DNA of 64,000 nucleotides, taken from Acidimicrobiales bacterium. GTDB lineage: Bacteria; Actinomycetota; Acidimicrobiia; Acidimicrobiales; QHCF01. Positions within the stretch are counted from its first letter, which is position 1. Each line of letters starts with the position of its first letter. Positions 58,466-64,000 of this stretch are shown here, in pieces. The position numbers and the translations under genes are program-made. Below the pieces are notes generated by a model. The model was not told the origin of the DNA and ran no database searches. It saw only the letters and a program-made list of their open reading frames with translations. The stretch covers positions 2,766 through 66,765 of the forward strand of contig JAVKSQ010000008.1 of assembly GCA_039583615.1 (NCBI GenBank), read 5' to 3'.

Positions 58466-58779
58466 ATCCCGACCTTCCTTTCCGGACGGTTGATCGTCCC
58501 CTGTTTGCCGCCGCGGAGACTGCTGGTGGCCTCGCCGCGGACCACGCCCAGGGCTGCTCGGACCAGCCCCTCTTGGCGGTCCTCCTGCGCCTCGGTCACG
58601 CCTGGTATGTACCCCGAACGCTGCGCCGGGCACCGCAGTCTGGCTCGGCCCGCTCCGCCGGGACCCCCAGCACCAACACGGCGGACGGTTGGGCCGGCTC
58701 GGCTGGCAACACCCTCTCCGGGACCAGCGGAGGCGTCGACTCGCTGCTCAACAGCGGAGGCCCGCCCTCGGCGGCTCGC

Positions 58780-59409
58780 TCAGGCGTCGGTGAGCGGCCC
58801 CGGGTAGGCCGCTTCGGCCTGGGCGCTCAGTCTACCCGCCCGGTGGCGGACGACGACGATGGCGCCGACAATGACGGCCACCGCGCTGATCCCGAGACCG
58901 ACGTCGACCGGTCCCGAGACCTTGTTGATGGCGTTGCCGGCGGCGTAGGACGAGAAGCTGTAGATGGCCGCCCACACGATGCCGCCGGTGGCGTTGTAGG
59001 GCAGGAAGCGCCGCCAGTGCATGCGGTTGGTACCGGCCAGGAAAGCGGCATAGGTCCTCAGGACGGACACGAACCGGCCGAGGAAGACAACCTTCGCTCC
59101 GTGACGGTCGAAGATGTAGCGACCGACCTTGATCCTGGTCTCGTCAACTCGCACGTAGTGCCCGTAGCGGCGCAGGAGCCGGTAACCGCCCTTGTCCCCG
59201 ATCCAGAAACCGATGTTGTCCCCGATGATGGCGGCGGCGGCGGCGACGGCAAAGACCAGCCAGATGGACAGCTTGTGGGTACTGCCGGCATAGGTGCCGG
59301 CGGCGATCAGGATGGTCTCCCCGGGCAAGGGGATGCCGAGGCTCTCGGCCGCCACCAAGGCGAACACCGCGGCGTAGCCGTACGTGGTTAGCAGGTGGGT
59401 GACGTTCAT
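58780..59409 (-). CDS. dedA: DedA family membrane protein
   Basis: ATG 59409 gives ...AVFALVAAESLGIPLPGETILIAAG...GDNIGFWIGDKGGY...FLGRFVSVLRTYAAFLAG... (SNARE-associated/DedA signature). Confidence 0.85.
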   Translation of the reverse strand: MNVTHLLTTYGYAAVFALVAAESLGIPLPGETILIAAGTYAGSTHKLSIWLVFAVAAAAAIIGDNIGFWIGDKGGYRLLRRYGHYVRVDETRIKVGRYIFDRHGAKVVFLGRFVSVLRTYAAFLAGTNRMHWRRFLPYNATGGIVWAAIYSFSSYAAGNAINKVSGPVDVGLGISAVAVIVGAIVVVRHRAGRLSAQAEAAYPGPLTDA

Positions 59410-59526
59410 AGGGGCGTCCCTGGCTGGCACCCGACGCCGGGCGGAAGCGCCGGAAGACCTGGGCGAACTCGCAGCCGATCGCCCCGCCACGATCGCCGCA
59501 CCGGGCGGGCAGCGAGCCTCTCCAGC

Positions 59527-60213
59527 CTACATCGCCTCCTTCACGCCTCGGCGAATCAGCCAGACATTGGTGGGATAGGCGGTGGCGAAGCCGATCATCA
59601 TGCCGATCTGCATGAGGAACCAGTAGACCGGCGAATCCGGGCGGAGGTGAGGGTTGGGGAACAAGACGAAGACCACCAGGGCCATCCACCCGAACAGCCC
59701 TATCTCGAAGCTGGTGAGCGACAAGATATCGGCCTTGGCCGCCTCCCACATTCCGTCCTTCAGATTGAGGCCTCGCATGGGTGCGATGGCGAAGTACTGG
59801 AACACGATGCCGATCGACACCGCGGCAAGGTAGTCCCCGATGTACTCCGGGACCAGCGCCAAGCCTGCCACGGTGGCGCCGATGCCGAACACGGCGAACT
59901 CCGCTATGACGTCTCCCAGCGTGCAGCCCGCCCCGCAGTGGCTGACACCAACGGCCACCACCGTCCAGAACGGGCGCCTCGGCTGCTCGCCGTGCTCCGC
60001 CTCCCAGCGGCTGGCCTTGGCTCGGCCCCACGCCCCGTAGGCGACAGTGGCGACCGGGCCGAAGTACAAGGCGGTGATCGGCCACACCGCTTCCATGACC
60101 CGCATGGGCTGGCGGTAGCCGTGAACGTAGATGTCATAGACGATCTCCGCCGCGCTGGCGAAGGCGAGGGCGAGGGCGGCCCAGGACAGATCAGTCAGCC
60201 AGGTCGGCGGCAT
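59527..60213 (-). CDS. DUF4396-like integral membrane protein with a CGAGC motif
   Basis: ATG 60213 with RBS GGAAAGGA. About 6 TM helices, VGVSHCGAGCTLGD, and a C-terminal ...GFATAYPTNVWLIRRGVKEAM, as I recall for DUF4396. Confidence 0.65.
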   Translation of the reverse strand: MPPTWLTDLSWAALALAFASAAEIVYDIYVHGYRQPMRVMEAVWPITALYFGPVATVAYGAWGRAKASRWEAEHGEQPRRPFWTVVAVGVSHCGAGCTLGDVIAEFAVFGIGATVAGLALVPEYIGDYLAAVSIGIVFQYFAIAPMRGLNLKDGMWEAAKADILSLTSFEIGLFGWMALVVFVLFPNPHLRPDSPVYWFLMQIGMMIGFATAYPTNVWLIRRGVKEAM

Positions 60214-60311
60214 GTCCGTGATCCTTTCCTCGTCGTCGGCCTCGCCGTCGAGGTCGGCCTCCAGGCCCCGGCGCAGCCTACGATGCTCCCCGTTGCTCAG
60301 CGCAGAGCGGG

Positions 60312-60365
60312 AACCCTGTCGATGGCGTGCACATTCCGCGGAATCAACCGGGTCGCAAGGGGGTT
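60312..60365. promoter_or_regulatory. Back-to-back SigR/SigH-type ECF promoters: AAC-N18-ATTCCGCGGAAT-N18-GTT
   Basis: Read directly. Plus strand: GGAAT 60340-44, 18 nt, GTT 60363-65, then 8 nt to GTG 60374. Minus strand: GGAAT (complement of 60333-37), 18 nt, GTT (complement of 60312-14). The central 12 bp (60333-44) are a perfect palindrome. Confidence 0.6.
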
Positions 60366-60373
60366 TCACACAC

Positions 60374-60934
60374 GTGCCCGACCCGGCTGAGCAGCAGCTC
60401 CGAGAGGACGCGTTCGCCCGCTACGTGCTGCCGGAGCTGGAGGTGCTTGCCGGGGTGGCGTTCTCGCTGACCGGCAACGGCGCTGACGCCGAAGACCTCG
60501 TCCAAGAGACGCTTATCTGCGCCTACCGGGCGATCGAGCGCTTCGACGGCGCCCACCCCCGGGCGTGGCTGTTCACCATCATGCGCAACGCCGAGGCAAA
60601 GCGGCACCGCCGCCGCCGCCCGCAGCTGCTGCGCGACCCCGACCAGGCCCAGCGCCTCGAGAGGGCCGACCCCCGCCGCGCCGTCGACTCGCCCGAGGAG
60701 GTGGTGGTCGGCGCCGAGTTCGACGCCGTGGTGACCCAGTGCCTCGGCGCCCTCCCCGAACGGCACCGCCAGGTGATCGGGCTCGTCGACATCGACGGGC
60801 TCTCCTACGCCGAGGCGGCGGAGATCCTCGGGGTGCCGGTCGGCACCGTCATGAGCCGCCTGCACCGCGCCCGGACCCGCATCCGCCAGCGGCTCAGCGC
60901 GGCAGGCGTCGCCCCGAGACGGAGCATGCGATGA
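60374..60934 (+). CDS. ECF sigma factor (SigR/SigH-like by promoter and partner)
   Basis: Region 2 DAEDLVQETLICAYRAIERFDGAHPRAWLFTIMRNA and region 4 LPERHRQVIGLVDIDGLSYAEAAEILGVPVGTVMSRLHRAR. GTG 60374 lies in the frame of ORF 60212..60934. Confidence 0.85.
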   Translation: MPDPAEQQLREDAFARYVLPELEVLAGVAFSLTGNGADAEDLVQETLICAYRAIERFDGAHPRAWLFTIMRNAEAKRHRRRRPQLLRDPDQAQRLERADPRRAVDSPEEVVVGAEFDAVVTQCLGALPERHRQVIGLVDIDGLSYAEAAEILGVPVGTVMSRLHRARTRIRQRLSAAGVAPRRSMR

Positions 60935-61218
60935 ACCCGTTGAGCCTGGCGGCCAGCCGCCTCCACTGCTTGCACAACATGCGCCTCCTGCAGACCTACC
61001 TGGACGGTGCCCTCGACGAGATGCCGGCCCGACGTGTCGCCGAGCATCTCGAGGAGTGCCGTCGCTGCGGTCTCGAGGCGGAGATCTACCGGGAGATCAA
61101 GGCGTCGATTCACGAGCGGGACTGCACCGTCGACCCTGGCGCCGTCGAACGGCTCCGCCGATTCGGTGAGGCCCTCGCTCGCGACGGCGAGCCGGCCCCG
61201 GGCGGAGCGGGTGCGTGA
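60931..61218 (+). CDS. Cytoplasmic zinc-binding anti-sigma factor (ZAS, RsrA/RshA-like)
   Basis: ATG 60931 overlaps the sigma stop (ATGA). 95 aa with no TM helix. C13...H39-x3-C43-x2-C46 (AEHLEECRRC) has the same spacing as RsrA C11/H37/C41/C44. Confidence 0.8.
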   Translation: MNPLSLAASRLHCLHNMRLLQTYLDGALDEMPARRVAEHLEECRRCGLEAEIYREIKASIHERDCTVDPGAVERLRRFGEALARDGEPAPGGAGA

Positions 61219-61249
61219 GGCGAGCAGTCACCCAGGCAAGGGCGCGGCG

Positions 61250-62719
61250 GTGGTGACGCAGTCGCCGGCAACCGCCGAGGGCGGCCGAGGGGCGCTCGGC
61301 GCCGGCCGCGGGGCGGAACCCGCCTGGGACCTGGCGGTCGTCGGCGGCGGAGCGGGAGGAATCGCAGCCGCTCGTGCCGGCGTGCGCCGGGGCCGTCGCA
61401 CCGTACTGGTCCAGGACGGCCGCGTCGGCGGCGAGTGCACCTTCACCGGATGCGTGCCGTCCAAGACGCTGATCGAGGCGGCGGGCCAGGGCTTGTCCTT
61501 CGCCCAGGCGGCCAGCAGGATGCAGGCGGTAATCGAGACGATCGCCGCAACCGAGAGCTCCGACGCCCTGTCGAAGGAAGGCATCGAGGTCGTGACCGGC
61601 CGAGCCCGCTTCGTCGGTCCGACCGCCCTGGAGGTCGACGGGCGCATCCTGGCAGCCAGACGGGTCGTCATCGCCACCGGCTCCAGCCCCATGGTCCCGC
61701 CGGTTCCGGGACTTCCCGACGCCGAGTTCCTCACCAACGAGTCGGTCTTCGGTCTCACCGAGCTGCCCCAGTCGATCGCCGTGCTGGGTGGCGGGGCGAT
61801 CGGCTGCGAGCTCGCCCAGGTCTTCCGGCGCTTCGGCGCCCAGGTGCACATCATCGAGGGCGAGCAGCGGCTGCTCGTGAAGGAGGAGGCCGAGACGGGC
61901 GCGTTAGTGGCGAAGGTCTTGTCCGCAGAGGGCATCGACCTGCACCTGGGTGCATTGGCCAGCCGGGTCGAGCCCTCGCCGCCGGGGGAAGCGGTCAGGA
62001 TCGCGCTGTCCGATGGCTCCGAGGTGCGGGCGGCCGCCCTGCTGGTGGCGGTCGGACGGACACCGACGACGACTGGTCTGGATCCCGAGGCGGGAGGGGT
62101 CGAGCTCGACGACCGGGGGTTCGTGCGCACGGACCGGTTCCTGCACACCAGCGCCCCGGGCGTCTACGCGGTGGGTGACGTGACCGGCCGGCTGCTGTTC
62201 ACCCACGCCGCCGACGAGATGGGCCAGCTGGCGGTGCGAAATGCCTTCCGGCACCTCGGGCGCCGTCGGTTCGACCCGTCAGCGGTCCCGTGGGTGACCT
62301 TCTGCGACCCCGAGGTTGCTCGTGTCGGCCTCACCGAGCACCAGGGGGCGGCCCACCACGGGAGGGTCGCGGTGCTGCCGATGTCGGCGGTCGACCGGGC
62401 GGTGACCGCCGGGCGGACCGAGGGGTTCGTGAAGCTGATCGCCGGGCCCCGCCCGCTGCTCCGCTCCGCCGGCGGCGGCCAGCTGCTCGGGGCGACCATC
62501 GTCGCTCCCCGGGCAGGCGAGATGATCCACGAGGTCGTACTGGCCATGCGCACGGGCATGTTCACCGGCCGGCTCGCCCAGGCGGTGCACGCCTACCCCA
62601 CCTGGTCGACCGCCGTGCGCCAGGCGGCCGCGCAGTTCTTCGTGGAGGTCGACGGTCGTCGGGCCCGCCCGGCCCGGCCGGCCGCCTCGGCCGCCACGGG
62701 CGAGCCTGGCCCGTGCTGA
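61250..62719 (+). CDS. FAD-dependent pyridine nucleotide-disulfide oxidoreductase (class I; lipoamide dehydrogenase / MerA-core-like; substrate unknown)
   Basis: FAD fold DLAVVGGGAGGIAAA, redox-active disulfide GGECTFTGCVPSK, NAD fold IAVLGGGAIGCELA, and the dimerisation-domain motif VHAYPTWS. There is no N-terminal HMA domain and no C-terminal Cys pair; the protein ends ...GEPGPC. Start GTG 61250 or 61253. Confidence 0.85.
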   Translation: MVTQSPATAEGGRGALGAGRGAEPAWDLAVVGGGAGGIAAARAGVRRGRRTVLVQDGRVGGECTFTGCVPSKTLIEAAGQGLSFAQAASRMQAVIETIAATESSDALSKEGIEVVTGRARFVGPTALEVDGRILAARRVVIATGSSPMVPPVPGLPDAEFLTNESVFGLTELPQSIAVLGGGAIGCELAQVFRRFGAQVHIIEGEQRLLVKEEAETGALVAKVLSAEGIDLHLGALASRVEPSPPGEAVRIALSDGSEVRAAALLVAVGRTPTTTGLDPEAGGVELDDRGFVRTDRFLHTSAPGVYAVGDVTGRLLFTHAADEMGQLAVRNAFRHLGRRRFDPSAVPWVTFCDPEVARVGLTEHQGAAHHGRVAVLPMSAVDRAVTAGRTEGFVKLIAGPRPLLRSAGGGQLLGATIVAPRAGEMIHEVVLAMRTGMFTGRLAQAVHAYPTWSTAVRQAAAQFFVEVDGRRARPARPAASAATGEPGPC

Positions 62720-64000
62720 GGGGAGACGGGCGGACCCCGAGGAAGGCCATCCGGGAAGAGGAACATGCGTTGGCCAGGCCGCTCACCCAGACCGAGGTCG
62801 GTGCCCGTCTCGACCGGCTCAGGTGGACCCGCTTGCACACCACCATCCTCGTCGCCCTGGGCGCCGGCTGGCTGTTCGACTCGTTCGAGGTGCAGATGTT
62901 CTCCAACGCGGTCGGGCCGCTCGGCAACCACTTCGGCGCCACCGTCTTCGAGCGCGACGCCATCCTGGCGGTATGGCTGGGGGGCATCTTGTTCGGCGCC
63001 CTGGTCGGCGGGGGCCTGTCCGACCGGTTCGGCCGGCGGCGCCTGTTCGTGGCTACCTTGCTGTGGTACGCGGGGTTCACGGTGCTGACCGGGCTGAGCC
63101 CGGACCTCGGCGCGGTCTATGCCCTGCGGTTCCTGGCCGCCCTCGGGGTGGGGGCCGAATACGCCATCGTCAACGCGGCGATCGCCGAGCTGATCCCCGC
63201 CCGGGTACGGGGCAGGGCCAACGCGCTGATAATGAACTTCTGGCCGGCCGGCGCCATCCTCGCTGCCCTGCTCGCCTACGTCGTCCTCGACACGTTGGCC
63301 GTCGGTGACGCCGCCTCGTGGCGGTATCTGTTCGTATTCGGCGGACTGGTGGCGCTGGTGGTGCTGGTCTTCCGCCGCCGGATCCCCGAGTCGCCCCGCT
63401 GGCTGGCCGCCCGGGGACGCCATGGTGAGGCCGAGCAGATCCTGGCCGCCCTCGAGGCGTGTCCCGGTCACCCCCCGACGTCTCGCCTTTCAGCCATCGA
63501 GGCCAGCACTCCCAGGCTGCGCCAAGGGCTGAGCGAGCTGGTTCGCCGCTACCCGGGACGCCTCGCCCTGGGGGCGTTGCTGGACCTGGCCGAAGCCTTC
63601 GGCTACTACGGCATCTTCGCCCTGCTCTCCGTGGTGGTGCTGCACCAGGTCCACATCTCGGATCGGGCCATCCCGTTCTTCTACATCGTCGGCAACGCCG
63701 GCGGCCTACTGGGCGGCCTGGTGATGACGAGCGTCTTCGACCGGGTCGGGCACCGCCTGACCGTCGGCGTCACCTATCTGGCCGCAGCCGGCGGAATCGG
63801 CCTCTTGGTCCTGGCCACTGCATCGGGAAGCGCGCTGTGGGTGACGCTGGCCTTCGTCGCTGCCAGCGGGGCGGGCACTGCAGCCTGGACCTCCGCCTAC
63901 CCGACGTTCACCGAGATCTTCCCCACGCACCTGCGCGGAGTCGGCGTGGGGACCTCGGTGGCGGTAGGCCGGGTGGGGGCCGTAGTGGGCACCCTCGCCC
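62713..64000 (+). CDS. MFS transporter (partial; continues past the window end)
   Basis: The frame is open from GTG 62713 (GTGCTGA overlap with the reductase stop; alternative TTG 62770) to the window end. My translation includes ...RLDRLRWTRLHTTILVALGAGWLFDSFEV..., LSDRFGRRRLF, PESPRWL and 10 or more TM helices. It is absent from the track because there is no stop in the window. Confidence 0.8.
   Translation, partial: MLRGDGRTPRKAIREEEHALARPLTQTEVGARLDRLRWTRLHTTILVALGAGWLFDSFEVQMFSNAVGPLGNHFGATVFERDAILAVWLGGILFGALVGGGLSDRFGRRRLFVATLLWYAGFTVLTGLSPDLGAVYALRFLAALGVGAEYAIVNAAIAELIPARVRGRANALIMNFWPAGAILAALLAYVVLDTLAVGDAASWRYLFVFGGLVALVVLVFRRRIPESPRWLAARGRHGEAEQILAALEACPGHPPTSRLSAIEASTPRLRQGLSELVRRYPGRLALGALLDLAEAFGYYGIFALLSVVVLHQVHISDRAIPFFYIVGNAGGLLGGLVMTSVFDRVGHRLTVGVTYLAAAGGIGLLVLATASGSALWVTLAFVAASGAGTAAWTSAYPTFTEIFPTHLRGVGVGTSVAVGRVGAVVGTLA

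Noticed and set aside
61250-62719. Calling the disulfide reductase mercuric reductase (MerA) or mycothione reductase.
   Set aside because: It has no N-terminal HMA/NmerA domain, no C-terminal vicinal Cys pair and no mer operon genes. Its CTFTGC centre differs from the CLNVGC/CVNVGC centres I remember for Mtr, Lpd and MerA. It is left as an orphan class I flavoprotein disulfide reductase.

Overview
High-GC (by eye roughly 70% or more; not computed), almost fully coding chromosomal segment. It carries Actinomycetota hallmarks: WhiB, fused PafBC, CtaF, class E sortase, EgtABCD and an L,D-transpeptidase. I saw no rRNA, tRNA, CRISPR array or mobile element. Gene content in order: ccmABCDEF (System I cytochrome c maturation, minus strand), sortase E, an alpha/beta hydrolase, gmd, a Zn-ADH, a coupled YVTN-propeller / DoxX-Rieske / Kelch-lipoprotein trio, ctaC-ctaD-ctaF, an SCP2 protein, sdhCAB plus an extra membrane gene, an AAA+/vWA pair, whiB, tldD-pmbA, a NiCoT transporter, egtABCD, a DEAD-box helicase, a GH3 enzyme, an Ldt, a four-gene sugar ABC transporter, typA, a ctaG-like gene, fused pafBC, an ECF sigma fused to an anti-sigma domain and a TM helix, cspA, cysS, valS, a hydrolase, amt, and a redox/metal-looking block. 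That block holds a 9-Cys protein, DedA, DUF4396, ECF sigma, a ZAS anti-sigma, an FAD disulfide reductase and an MFS transporter. Many neighbouring genes overlap by 4 nt (ATGA/GTGA/TTGA); I used these overlaps to choose starts, and the supplied track writes GTG/TTG starts as M. Most long ORFs lying antisense to these genes are high-GC shadow ORFs. Main leads: (1) a perfect palindrome ATTCCGCGGAAT flanked by N18-GTT on both strands, which reads as back-to-back SigR/SigH-type promoters driving the sigma-ZAS-reductase-MFS operon and the DUF4396 gene; (2) the YVTN / DoxX-Rieske / Kelch module, with an internal twin-arginine motif; (3) six loci of near-perfect tandem repeats whose units are all multiples of 3 nt (15, 18, 18, 21, 21, 24). 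These include a 17-unit array between ccmA and srtE, an array inside EgtB, the PafBC linker, and three GGTCGACC palindromes upstream of amt. All functional calls rest on motif recognition by eye; no database search was possible.
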